Assembly (NCBI GenBank): GCA_014240365.1
Contig: JAAZXC010000001.1
Location: 2,184 to 66,183, forward strand
From: Acidimicrobiales bacterium
GTDB taxonomy: Bacteria; Actinomycetota; Acidimicrobiia; Acidimicrobiales; MedAcidi-G1
Direction: 5' to 3'
DNA length: 64,000 bases
The number at the start of each line of letters is the position of its first letter. Position 1 is the first letter of the stretch. The position numbers were made by a program, and so were the translations under genes. This document shows, one piece after another, positions 9,435 to 22,105 of the stretch. A model generated the notes under the pieces. That model searched no databases, had not been told where the DNA came from, and was given only the letters and a program-made list of their open reading frames with translations.

Positions 9435-10739
9435 TCAGCCCGCTTCCGAGTGTGTGACGGGCTGCTCGCCCATCCATTCCCGCAGAGTGTTCTTGAACTT
9501 GGTCTGCTGGATGAAGAGGTCGTGCTCGGCGGCTGCCTCGCCGGCCGGCTGGGGAGCCTTCAGGTAGAAGGACAGCCATTCCTGCACGCCGGACTGTCCG
9601 GCCCGGTGGGCGAGGTCCAGGAAGAGCGCCAGGTCCAGGACGATCGGGGCGGCCAGGATGGAGTCGCGGCAGAGGAAGTCCACCTTGATCTGCATGGGGT
9701 AGCCCATCCATCCGAAGATGTCGATGGCGTCCCAGCCCTCCTTGTTGTCGCCACGGGGTGGGTAGTAGTTGATGCGAACCACGTGGTCGATGTTGCCGTA
9801 GAGCTCCGGGTAGGACTCCGGCTGGAGGATCGCGTCCAGCACGCCGAGCTTGGACACCTCCTTGGTCTTGAAGTTCTCCGGGTCGTCCAGTACCTCGCCG
9901 TCCCGGTTCCCCAGGATGTTGGTGGAGTACCAGCCGCGCAGGCCCAGCATCCGGGCCTTGAAGCCGGGGGCCAGCATGGTCTTCATGAGGGTCTGGCCGG
10001 TCTTGAAGTCCTTGCCGGCGATCGGCACGCCGCGGCGGGCGGCCAACTCGATCATGCACGGCAGATCGACGCTCAGGTTCGGTGCGCCGTTGGCGAACGG
10101 TACGTCGCTCATCAGCGCGGCGTAGACGTAGATCTGGCTGGGGGAGATGTTCTCGTCGTTGGCACGCAGGCCGGCCTCGAATGCCTCGACGGTGTCGTGT
10201 ACGGCGCTGGCCTCCTGGTAGGCCTCGGTCGAACCGCACCAGACCATGACCAGGCGGTCGCACTCGTTCTGGATGCGGAACCGCTCGATGTCGTCGATCA
10301 GCGCCTGGGCCTGGTCCCACATGGCGGTGATGGACTTGACCCGGGTGCCGTTCAGCTTCTTGACCCAGCGGTTGTTGAAGACGGCGTCCATGGCGATGAT
10401 GCCCTCCAGCTCGGCCGAGATGGGAGCGAGGTCCTTCTCCTCGAGCACGCCGCAGGTGTTGGCGGCCTCCAGCACGTTGGCCGAGATGGGATCCCAGCCG
10501 CCGAAGACAATGTCGTCCAGTTCGGCCAGCGGCACGAACTCGCGGATGAGAGGGTTGCGGTCCTCGCCGCGACCACCCAGGCGGATGTGGGCCATCTGAC
10601 TGACTGATCCGATCGGAGCGGTCAGGCCGTTGCGGGCGGCGATCACGCCTGCGATGAAGGTGGATGCCACTGCGCCCATACCGGGGGTGAGTATCCCGAG
10701 GCGGCCGGTGGCTGGTGCGATTTCAAGGGGTGCGTTCAT
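9435..10739 (-). CDS. ino1: myo-inositol-1-phosphate (inositol-3-phosphate) synthase
   Basis: 434 aa. N-terminal Rossmann segment is GILTPGMGAVASTFIAG. Conserved MIPS blocks are GKDFKTGQTLMKT, WYSTNILGNRDGEVL and ELYGNIDHVV. Confidence 0.9.
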   Translation of the reverse strand: MNAPLEIAPATGRLGILTPGMGAVASTFIAGVIAARNGLTAPIGSVSQMAHIRLGGRGEDRNPLIREFVPLAELDDIVFGGWDPISANVLEAANTCGVLEEKDLAPISAELEGIIAMDAVFNNRWVKKLNGTRVKSITAMWDQAQALIDDIERFRIQNECDRLVMVWCGSTEAYQEASAVHDTVEAFEAGLRANDENISPSQIYVYAALMSDVPFANGAPNLSVDLPCMIELAARRGVPIAGKDFKTGQTLMKTMLAPGFKARMLGLRGWYSTNILGNRDGEVLDDPENFKTKEVSKLGVLDAILQPESYPELYGNIDHVVRINYYPPRGDNKEGWDAIDIFGWMGYPMQIKVDFLCRDSILAAPIVLDLALFLDLAHRAGQSGVQEWLSFYLKAPQPAGEAAAEHDLFIQQTKFKNTLREWMGEQPVTHSEAG

Positions 10740-10775
10740 AGAGGTTCAGGATAAGCACATCCGAATGATCAGCGG

Positions 10776-10796
10776 TTAAGATTCAGTAACACTTAA
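10776..10796. promoter_or_regulatory. candidate LysR-type regulator box (T-N11-A inverted repeat TTAAG-N11-CTTAA)
   Basis: Perfect 5-bp inverted repeat with an 11-nt spacer (ttaag attcagtaaca cttaa). It sits in the AT-richer 113-bp divergent intergenic region between ino1 and the LysR gene. Confidence 0.4.
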
Positions 10797-10852
10797 TCCA
10801 GCATCAGAGCGTTTCAAGTACCGCTCCAGCCACCCGACGAGGGGCCCCTTCA

Positions 10853-11728
10853 ATGGCCGATCCGAGGCTTCCGAACCTGACCGTCCAACAGTTGGAGTAC
10901 CTGGTGGCGGCAGCGGCATCTCCCACCCGGGCGGCAGCCGCCAAAGACCTGGGCGTGACCCCGTCTGCCCTCACCCAGGGCCTCGCCGAACTGGAGAGGC
11001 GGGTCGGCGTGCCGTTGTTCGAACGCAAGGGCCGCCAGACCAGGCTCCGACCCCAGGCCACCGAGGTCCTGGCCCACGCCCGCCGGGTCGTGGCCGAGAC
11101 CAGGGACCTGGCCCGCTGGGCCGAGACCCGACGTACGGGCACCGCCGGCACTGTGAGGCTCGGCACCATCGACGCCGTGGCGATCCACCATCGGGCAGCG
11201 ACGATCCGTCACCACCGGCGCGTCAGCCCCGGCCTCGACCTGAGACTCACCGTGGCTCCCTCCGGGGCACTCCTGGACTCATTGCGCGTCGGCGACCTGG
11301 ACCTGGTGGTCTGCGTCGAGCCGGCCAGCCCACCCGATGGCATCGACACCGTCCTCTGCCTGGAGGAACCCCTGCACGCATACGCCCCTGACGGCGCCGT
11401 CGGCGGAGCCCCCGAGACCTGGGGGCCATGGGTCACCTACCCGGACGGGTCCCACACGAGAGCCGTCATCGCCGCCGGCCTGATGGCGGTCGGGGCGCCG
11501 TTCGAGGTGGTGGCCGAATCCAACCAGCCGGACGTGCTGCGCGAGATGGTCCGCCTCGGCATGGGTTGGGCGGTGCTCCCCGAGGCCCAGGCCGGCGCCG
11601 GGGTGGAACCACTGGCACGGGTCCGCCGACTTCCCATCGGCGTACGCCGCCTGGTCGTGGCCCGGCGCTCCGGGGCGTCGCCCGACGCCGCCGTGGATGC
11701 ACTCGCCACCACCCTCCTGAACGGCTGA
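10853..11728 (+). CDS. LysR family transcriptional regulator
   Basis: 291 aa. N-terminal wHTH is LTVQQLEYLVAAAASPTRAAAAKDLGVTPSALTQGLAELERRVGVPLFER, followed by an LTTR substrate-binding-like C-terminal domain. Confidence 0.85.
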   Translation: MADPRLPNLTVQQLEYLVAAAASPTRAAAAKDLGVTPSALTQGLAELERRVGVPLFERKGRQTRLRPQATEVLAHARRVVAETRDLARWAETRRTGTAGTVRLGTIDAVAIHHRAATIRHHRRVSPGLDLRLTVAPSGALLDSLRVGDLDLVVCVEPASPPDGIDTVLCLEEPLHAYAPDGAVGGAPETWGPWVTYPDGSHTRAVIAAGLMAVGAPFEVVAESNQPDVLREMVRLGMGWAVLPEAQAGAGVEPLARVRRLPIGVRRLVVARRSGASPDAAVDALATTLLNG

Positions 11729-11875
11729 CCCACCTGCCAGCCGGGCCGATGACGCGGCCATCTCGTGGGGGGTAGTCTCCCGGCGCGACTCCGGTCGCTA
11801 TCGGCCTCAGGCCGGTTGCGCCGGGACTGCACCAGACCAACCTGGAACATTCGCCCCGAACCTCTGGCGGTCCCC

Positions 11876-13120
11876 ATGCCCTGGCCCACCTCCCGTGACA
11901 CCGAACTCTTCGGCTACGTCCAGAACGAACTCGAGCGGCAGAACACCACGCTGCAGCTGATTGCATCCGAGAACTTCGCCTCGCCGGCCGTGCTGGAGGC
12001 CAGCGGTTCGGTGCTGACCAACAAGTACGCGGAGGGCTACCCGGGAAAGCGCTACTACGGGGGCAACATCCACGTGGACGAGGTCGAGGACCTGGCACGC
12101 GAACGGGTCAAGGCCCTGTTCGGAGCCGACCACGCCAACGTCCAGCCCCACTCCGGGGCGAACGCCAACATGGCCGTCTACCAGGCACTCCTGGAGCCCG
12201 GCGACACCGTCCTGGGCCTCAGCCTCGACCACGGTGGCCACCTCACCCACGGTTCGCCGGTGAACGCCAGCGGCAAGCTCTACAACTTCGTCTCGTACGG
12301 CCTGTCCGGCAGCGACGAGCGCATCGACATGGACGAACTGCGCGACAGCGCCAAGGCTGCCCGCCCGAAGATGATCGTGGCCGGTGCCACCGCGTACCCG
12401 CGCATCATCGAGCCGGCCCCGCTGCGCGACATAGCCGACGAGGTCGGCGCCGTGCTCATGTTCGACGCCGCCCACATCGCCGGGCTGATCGCCGGAGGGG
12501 TCCACCCCAACCCGGTGCCGCACTGTGACGTCGTGACCTTCACCACGCACAAGACCCTCCGGGGCCCACGCGGCGGGTGCATCCTCACCCGTGCGGAGTA
12601 CGCGGCGGTGATCGACAAGGCGATCTTCCCCGGCTCGCAGGGTGGTCCGCTGGAACACCACATTGCCGCCAAGGCCGTGGCGTTCAGGGAGGCGGCCGAT
12701 CCGTCGTTCGCCGACTACGCCCGCCAGATCGTGGCCAACGCGTCGGCGCTGGCCTCCGCCCTGGTCGGCCATGGCTTCCGCCTGGTCACGGGGGGTACCG
12801 ACAACCACCTGATGGTCGTGGACCTCCGCACGTTCGACGAGGAGTTGACCGGCGCCGTGGCCCAGACGGTGCTGGACCGGGCCGGAATCACCCTGAACAA
12901 GAACACGGTTCCGGATGATCCGCGCTCGCCGTTCGTGACCAGCGGCGTTCGTATCGGTACCCCGTCCACGACCACCCAGGGGATGGCCGAGCCCGAGATG
13001 GTCGAGATAGCAGACCTGATCGCCAGGACGCTCCAGGGCCGTGATGACGACTCGGTCGTCGCAGCCGTACGGGCCGACGTGAACGCCCTATGCGCCCGAT
13101 TCCCCGTATACGGAGGCTGA
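11876..13120 (+). CDS. glyA: serine hydroxymethyltransferase
   Basis: Start trimmed to ATG 11876 ([34 protein letters not shown]). PLP-lysine block is [16 protein letters not shown]. Confidence 0.9.
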   Translation: MPWPTSRDTELFGYVQNELERQNTTLQLIASENFASPAVLEASGSVLTNKYAEGYPGKRYYGGNIHVDEVEDLARERVKALFGADHANVQPHSGANANMAVYQALLEPGDTVLGLSLDHGGHLTHGSPVNASGKLYNFVSYGLSGSDERIDMDELRDSAKAARPKMIVAGATAYPRIIEPAPLRDIADEVGAVLMFDAAHIAGLIAGGVHPNPVPHCDVVTFTTHKTLRGPRGGCILTRAEYAAVIDKAIFPGSQGGPLEHHIAAKAVAFREAADPSFADYARQIVANASALASALVGHGFRLVTGGTDNHLMVVDLRTFDEELTGAVAQTVLDRAGITLNKNTVPDDPRSPFVTSGVRIGTPSTTTQGMAEPEMVEIADLIARTLQGRDDDSVVAAVRADVNALCARFPVYGG

Positions 13121-13167
13121 GCGGGACCAGGGTCCATCCGATGTCGGACCCCGGAGCCTGATCCGAC

Positions 13168-14316
13168 ATGCCCGGCGTTCTATCCCACCTGATCGTGGCA
13201 GCTGTGGCGGCAGTGGTCACCGCTACCGCCACCCCACTGGTCCGACGCTTCGCCGTGGGCTCCGGCCTGCTTGTCGCCCCGGACGAACGCAATGTCCACT
13301 CCGAGCCCACGCCGCCGCTGGGAGGAACCGCAATGCTCCTGGGGCTGCTGGCCGGGGTGCTGGCGGCCTGGATGCTGGGGGACTTCAGCGCCGTGTTCGC
13401 CGCTCCCTCGGAGATGCTGGGCGTGGTGGCGGCTGCGGTGGTCATCTGCGCCGTCGGGGTCATCGACGACGTCCGACCATTGTCGGCACCGGCCAAGGTG
13501 GCCGGGATGGTGCTCTCCGGCAGCGTGTTGTCGCTGTCGGGCGTGTCGCTGGTCGTGCTACGGATCCCCTTCCTCGACGTCGTGCTGCTCTCGCCTGACC
13601 TGTCGGCTCTGCTCACCGTGGTCTGGGTGGTGCTCCTGGCCAACGCCATGAATCTGACCGACGGCCTCGATGGCCTGGCGGCCGGAATCGCCGCCATCGC
13701 AGCAGCCACCTTCTTCCTCTACGCCCTGCGCCTGGGTGACGAGGGCCTGCTCTTCGATGGCAATCCGGGGTCGGTGCTGGCCGTCATCGTGGTCGGGATC
13801 TGTGTCGGGTTCCTGCCACACAACGTGCATCCCGCACGGATCTTCATGGGAGATGGTGGGGCCCTTCTCCTGGGACTGCTGATGGCCGCCGCCACGGTGT
13901 CGGTGGGTGGACGGACCGAGGCGGCCTACAGCGGGCAGTCGTTCTTCTTCTTCGCTCCGGTGTTCATACCCGTCGTGATCCTCGGGGTGCCGCTGTTCGA
14001 CATGGCCTTCGCCGTCCTGCGCCGGGTGGCCACGCCGGGCCTGCGGGTCACCGACGCCGACAAGGAACACCTCCACCACCGCCTCCTGCGCCTGGGCCAT
14101 GGCCATCGCCGGGCCGTGCTGATCCTCTGGGGCTGGACGGCCCTCCTCTCGGGCTTCGTGCTCTGGCCCACCTACTCGGGTGACGGCGATGCAATCGTGC
14201 CCATCGGGGTGCTGGCCCTGGGTCTGGGCCTCTTCACGGTGTTGCACCCGCGCTTTCGGGCGTCGCCGGCCGGTGTGACCGATTCAGGGGTTGCCGGAGG
14301 GGGAGTTGGTGATTAG
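13168..14316 (+). CDS. wecA: MraY/WecA-family polyprenyl-phosphate N-acetylhexosamine-1-phosphate transferase (GT4)
   Basis: 382 aa polytopic membrane protein. Motifs are NAMNLTDGLDGLAAG and FMGDGGALLLG. Its position directly upstream of the atp operon matches mycobacterial rfe/wecA. Confidence 0.8.
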   Translation: MPGVLSHLIVAAVAAVVTATATPLVRRFAVGSGLLVAPDERNVHSEPTPPLGGTAMLLGLLAGVLAAWMLGDFSAVFAAPSEMLGVVAAAVVICAVGVIDDVRPLSAPAKVAGMVLSGSVLSLSGVSLVVLRIPFLDVVLLSPDLSALLTVVWVVLLANAMNLTDGLDGLAAGIAAIAAATFFLYALRLGDEGLLFDGNPGSVLAVIVVGICVGFLPHNVHPARIFMGDGGALLLGLLMAAATVSVGGRTEAAYSGQSFFFFAPVFIPVVILGVPLFDMAFAVLRRVATPGLRVTDADKEHLHHRLLRLGHGHRRAVLILWGWTALLSGFVLWPTYSGDGDAIVPIGVLALGLGLFTVLHPRFRASPAGVTDSGVAGGGVGD

Positions 14317-14409
14317 ATTCACAAGCGCGTTCGGGGACCTTATGGTCACCGGACCGCCACGTACGACGACCATGGGCCCTGTGGCGCCCGCCGGTGGAGG
14401 ACTTTCCCG

Positions 14410-14679
14410 ATGGCGCAGGCCAGAACGCGTGAAGTGCAGGAGGGTTCAGGCGATGCTTTCGCCGCTGCCTTCGAGCTCGTCGCGACGCCTGCCATCTTCG
14501 GCTTTCTGGGCTGGCTCCTGGACGGTCGCCTCGGCACCACACCGATCTTCACCGTCGCCTTCGTCGTGATCGCCCTCGCCTACGCCTCATGGCGACTGGC
14601 CCACGACTACGGCCAGAGCCTCGAGCGGGCCCGTGTGCAACGACAGGCCGCCTGGCGAGCCGAGGGCTCCCCGCTGTGA
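14410..14679 (+). CDS. AtpZ/AtpI-family small membrane protein (ATP synthase gene 1-like)
   Basis: 89 aa with two predicted TM helices (FELVATPAIFGFLGWLLD, PIFTVAFVVIALAYASW). First gene of the atp cluster. Confidence 0.6.
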   Translation: MAQARTREVQEGSGDAFAAAFELVATPAIFGFLGWLLDGRLGTTPIFTVAFVVIALAYASWRLAHDYGQSLERARVQRQAAWRAEGSPL

Positions 14680-15101
14680 GCACGAACGTGAACGTGGAAT
14701 CCGACGCCCCCGAATCGGCCATTGCCCGCGACCTGGTTCGTCGGGCGCTCTACGTGGCGCCGGCGTTCCTCCTCATGGGCCTGCTGGGTTGGGGCACCAG
14801 CGGCCTGTTCTCCGCAGCCCTCGGCCTTGCGCTGGTGGCCATCAACTTCCGTCTGGGAGCAGCGATCATCACCCGCGCCTCGCAGATCTCGCTGAACGCC
14901 CTGTTCGGTGCGGTCCTGGGTGGCTACATCGTGCGGCTCGGCCTCATGACCGCAGTCGTGCTGGTCGTCAAGGCCGGCGGCTGGCTGGCCACCGTCCCAT
15001 TCGCAGTAACCCTGCTTGTCACCCATCTCGGTCTGTTGACCTGGGAATCCCGGCACGTCGCAATGACGCTCGCTGCTCCCGGCATCAGGCCCCCGCAGTA
15101 G
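14676..15101 (+). CDS. atpI: ATP synthase protein I-like membrane protein
   Basis: GTG 14676 overlaps the previous stop (GTGA). About 141 aa with 4 hydrophobic helices. Its position before atpB matches Rv1303-type genes. The start is uncertain; the track ORF begins at 14589. Confidence 0.5.
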   Translation: MSTNVNVESDAPESAIARDLVRRALYVAPAFLLMGLLGWGTSGLFSAALGLALVAINFRLGAAIITRASQISLNALFGAVLGGYIVRLGLMTAVVLVVKAGGWLATVPFAVTLLVTHLGLLTWESRHVAMTLAAPGIRPPQ

Positions 15102-15125
15102 ATCCCCACAGGAGAAGCGCTCCAC

Positions 15126-16270
<1,145 letters not shown>

Positions 16271-16303
16271 TCCGGGTCTGACGAGCAGAGACGAGACGAA
16301 CCT

Positions 16304-17029
16304 ATGACCAACCGACGGAACCGCCTGCTGGCGGCCCCGCTCCTCGCCCTTCTGGCGCTCCTGGCCTTTGCCGGCCCGGCAGCCGCTTCGGGGGAGAGCG
16401 TCGGGTCCTGTATGGCCGAGAAGCTCGAAGAACTGATCGAGGAGAGCCACGGTGACCTCGACGAGGTCCTGCACGAACTGCACGTGGATACCTCTATTGG
16501 CGACCACTTCGAGAAGAAGTGCATCGAGGCGCCCAGCCCGATCCTGCCTGAGACGAACGAGATCATCTGGGGAGGCGCCGCCTTCCTGATCCTCTTCGTG
16601 CTGATGGTCAAGAAGGGCTTCCCGGCCGTCAAGGGTGCGATGGACGCCCGGGCCGAGAAGATCCGGAGCGACCTTGACGCCGCTGAGCAGGCCAGGGTGG
16701 ACGCACAGTCCGTCCAGTCGGACTACGAGGCACGGCTGGCCGATGCCAAGACCGAGGCCTCCAGGCTGATCGACGAGGGCCGTGCCGACGCCGACCAGGT
16801 TCGTACGGGCCTGGTCACCCAGGCCGAAGCCGACGCAGCGGGGATCCGCGAGCGTGCAACTTCCGAATCAGCAGCAGCCAAGGCCCAGGCAATCGCGGAC
16901 CTCCGGTCCGAGGTGGCCGGTATCGCCCTCGGCGCCGCCGAGCGTGTCGTGCAGGCCAGCCTCGATGCAGAGGTCCAGGGCAGGCTCATCGACGCCTACA
17001 TCGACGAGGTGGCCGGCACCGATGGCTGA
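16304..17029 (+). CDS. atpF: F0F1 ATP synthase subunit b with an unusual N-terminal extension
   Basis: 241 aa. From about residue 80 onward it is a typical b subunit (ILPETNEIIWGGAAFLILFVLMVKK TM helix, then a long charged helix). The first ~78 aa are signal-peptide-like plus an acidic segment. Confidence 0.8.
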   Translation: MTNRRNRLLAAPLLALLALLAFAGPAAASGESVGSCMAEKLEELIEESHGDLDEVLHELHVDTSIGDHFEKKCIEAPSPILPETNEIIWGGAAFLILFVLMVKKGFPAVKGAMDARAEKIRSDLDAAEQARVDAQSVQSDYEARLADAKTEASRLIDEGRADADQVRTGLVTQAEADAAGIRERATSESAAAKAQAIADLRSEVAGIALGAAERVVQASLDAEVQGRLIDAYIDEVAGTDG

Positions 17030-17552
17030 TCCCAGGGTGGCCGGCTACGCCGAGGCGTTGTTTGCCGTCGCGGCGGCTGAGGGAGATCCATCTGTCGTCG
17101 AGGACGAGCTGTTCAGGTTCGCCCAGGCGCTCCGCTCCGACGACAGCCTCGGTTCCACTCTGGCTGACACCGGGCTGCCGCTGGCACGCCGCCTCCAGGT
17201 AATCGAGGACCTGCTCGGCTCCAGGGCCTCCGCCGTATCCACGGCACTGGTCTCGATGGTGGTCGGTGCAGGACGCACCGCCGAGCTGCCTGCCATCGTG
17301 GATGCCATGGTCGAGCGTGGTGCCGCATCGCGCAACAAGACGGTTGCGACCGTTCGGAGCGCGGTCGACCTGACCGCCGACCAGAGCGAACGCCTGGCCG
17401 CCGCCATCAACACCCGGACCGGTCGCGACGTCGAGGTGAGGGTGGTCATTGATCCCTCCGTGCTCGGCGGAGTGGTCACCGAGATCGGCGACGACATCAT
17501 CGATGGCAGCGTCCGACGCCGCCTCAACCAGCTCCGCGAGAGCTTTCGCTAG
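17022..17552 (+). CDS. atpH: F0F1 ATP synthase subunit delta
   Basis: ATG 17022 overlaps the atpF stop. 176 aa with an OSCP-like sequence (YAEALFAVAAAEG...GGVVTEIGDDIIDGSVRRRL). Confidence 0.85.
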   Translation: MADPRVAGYAEALFAVAAAEGDPSVVEDELFRFAQALRSDDSLGSTLADTGLPLARRLQVIEDLLGSRASAVSTALVSMVVGAGRTAELPAIVDAMVERGAASRNKTVATVRSAVDLTADQSERLAAAINTRTGRDVEVRVVIDPSVLGGVVTEIGDDIIDGSVRRRLNQLRESFR

Positions 17553-17582
17553 GCCACGGGCCAGAGACTAGAGAGACACATC

Positions 17583-19202
17583 ATGTCTGAACTGACGATC
17601 GACACGTCCGATATCGCATCAGCGATCCGCAAGAACCTGGAAGGGTTCGAGCCGAGCCTCGAGCAGACCCAGGTGGGTCGGGTGCTCGAGGTGGGCGATG
17701 GCATCGCACGCGTCTCTGGCCTTCCCGGCGTGGCGGTCAACGAGCTGCTCCAGTTCGAGAGTGGAACGTTCGGCCTGGCACTGAACCTCGACGAGCACTC
17801 GATCGGTGCCGTGGTCCTCGGCGAGGTTGACGACATCGAAGAAGGCCAGACGGTCCGTGCCACAGGCAACCTCCTGTCGCTGCCCGTCGGCGACGGCCTC
17901 CTGGGCCGCGTCGTGAACGCCCTGGGCGAGCCGATCGACGGCAAGGGACCGCTGAGCAACGTCCAGACCCGCCGCATGGAGGTCCAGGCGCCGGGCATCA
18001 TGGGTCGCAAGCCCGTGCACGAGCCGATGCAGACCGGCATCAAGTCAATTGACTCTCTCATTCCGATCGGGCGCGGCCAGCGGGAGCTGATCATCGGCGA
18101 CCGCAAGACCGGCAAGACGACGGTCGCCATCGACACGATCATCAACCAGGCCGGGCAGGGCCTGAAGTGCGTCTACGTGGCCATCGGCCAGAAGGCCTCG
18201 ACTGTCGCCCAGACGGTGGCGATCCTGGAGGCCCACGGTGCAATGGATTACACGGTCGTGGTGGTAGCCCCGGCGTCCGATCCTGCACCTTTCAAATACC
18301 TCGCCCCGTACGCGGGTTGCGCCATTGGTCAGCACTGGATGGACAACGGCGAGCATGCCCTGGCCGTCTACGACGACCTCTCCAAGCAGGCCGAGGCCTA
18401 CCGTCAGATGTCGCTGCTGCTGCGCCGCCCGCCGGGCCGTGAGGCCTACCCCGGCGACGTCTTCTACCTCCACAGCAGGCTGCTGGAGCGTGCCGCCAAG
18501 CTCAGCGATGAACTTGGCGCCGGTTCCATGACGGCCCTGCCGGTCATCGAGACCAAGGCCGGCGACGTCTCGGCGTTCATCCCGACCAACGTGATCTCGA
18601 TCACCGACGGGCAGATCTTCCTGCAGGACGACCTCTTCAAGTCGGGCGTGCGGCCTGCCGTGGACGTCGGCATCTCGGTGTCGAGGGTCGGCTCGGCCGC
18701 CCAGATCAAGGCCATGAAGACCGCGGTGGGCACGCTCAAGTCGGACCTCCAGCAGTTCCGAGAGCTCGAGTCCTTTGCCGCCTTCGGATCGGATCTGGAT
18801 TCCGTATCCCAGAACCAGTTGGACCGTGGTTACCGCCTCACCGAGCTCCTGAAGCAGGGCCTCAACTCGCCGCTGGTCGTCGAGGAGCAGGTCGTCCTTA
18901 TCTGGGCCGGTACCCGTGGCCACCTGGATGCCTTCGAGGTGGCCGACGTGAAGCGATTCGAGGTCGAGGCGCTCGAGTGGTTCCGAACACGTCACAGCGA
19001 CGTCCTCGCCGACATCCGGACAAGCGGGAAGATCGCAGACGAGGATGCCTTCGAGGCACTCATCGGCGCCTTCGCCGAGCAGTTCCAGGGTTCAACACAG
19101 GCAGACGGGAAGGCTCCCGGCGCCGAGTCGGCTGATCTCGAGTCGAGCATCGTGGATTCCACCACGACGCTGCCCGAAGAGGACATAGCGGAGACCGAGT
19201 GA
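17583..19202 (+). CDS. atpA: F0F1 ATP synthase subunit alpha
   Basis: 539 aa. Walker A is GDRKTGKTT, with highly conserved alpha blocks. Acidic C-terminal tail of about 37 aa. Confidence 0.95.
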   Translation: MSELTIDTSDIASAIRKNLEGFEPSLEQTQVGRVLEVGDGIARVSGLPGVAVNELLQFESGTFGLALNLDEHSIGAVVLGEVDDIEEGQTVRATGNLLSLPVGDGLLGRVVNALGEPIDGKGPLSNVQTRRMEVQAPGIMGRKPVHEPMQTGIKSIDSLIPIGRGQRELIIGDRKTGKTTVAIDTIINQAGQGLKCVYVAIGQKASTVAQTVAILEAHGAMDYTVVVVAPASDPAPFKYLAPYAGCAIGQHWMDNGEHALAVYDDLSKQAEAYRQMSLLLRRPPGREAYPGDVFYLHSRLLERAAKLSDELGAGSMTALPVIETKAGDVSAFIPTNVISITDGQIFLQDDLFKSGVRPAVDVGISVSRVGSAAQIKAMKTAVGTLKSDLQQFRELESFAAFGSDLDSVSQNQLDRGYRLTELLKQGLNSPLVVEEQVVLIWAGTRGHLDAFEVADVKRFEVEALEWFRTRHSDVLADIRTSGKIADEDAFEALIGAFAEQFQGSTQADGKAPGAESADLESSIVDSTTTLPEEDIAETE

Positions 19203-19283
19203 GCACGTTGACCCATCCGCAGGGCCTCACGGCCCATGTCTTCGTCCCTGCGACGGGTGACCTCCTGATGATGGGAGCGTCTC

Positions 19284-21682
<2,399 letters not shown>

Positions 21683-21690
21683 TAGCGACC

Positions 21691-22089
21691 ATGACGTTCC
21701 AGATCGAGCTGGTCTCGCCAGAGTCCATCTCCTACAGCGGCGAGGCCGAGATGGTCGTCGCCCGGACCCTGGATGGGGGCGACATCGCCTTCCAGCCCGG
21801 TCATGTGCCCTTCATCGGCGTGCTGGCGGTCTGGTCAGTGGATGTGATCCGCCCCGACGGGGAACGCGACACGATCGCCGTCCACCAGGGCTTCGTCCAG
21901 GTGGCAGGCACGAAGGTGAGCGTCCTCTCGGACGTGTCCGAGTCCGCCGACCAGATCAATGTGGAGCGGGCCCGTGCGGCGAAGTCGACCGCCGAGACCG
22001 CTCTTGTGGCCGACAGGGACGACGCTGATGCTGCAGGCGCTCTGGCCCGTGCCGAACTGCGCCTCCGGGTGGCCGGCGCCGAGGCCTGA
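21691..22089 (+). CDS. atpC: F0F1 ATP synthase subunit epsilon
   Basis: 132 aa. Last gene of the atp operon, with a beta-sandwich plus helical hairpin pattern. Confidence 0.9.
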   Translation: MTFQIELVSPESISYSGEAEMVVARTLDGGDIAFQPGHVPFIGVLAVWSVDVIRPDGERDTIAVHQGFVQVAGTKVSVLSDVSESADQINVERARAAKSTAETALVADRDDADAAGALARAELRLRVAGAEA

Positions 22090-22105
22090 GCCGGGCCGTC
22101 AGGCC

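Noticed and set aside
11729-11875. A ZTP (pfl) riboswitch upstream of glyA.
   Set aside because: The gene context fits, but the conserved ZTP core strings (ACUGGCG..., CCGCCUGGGC) are not present by eye. It is kept only as an unclassified structured leader.
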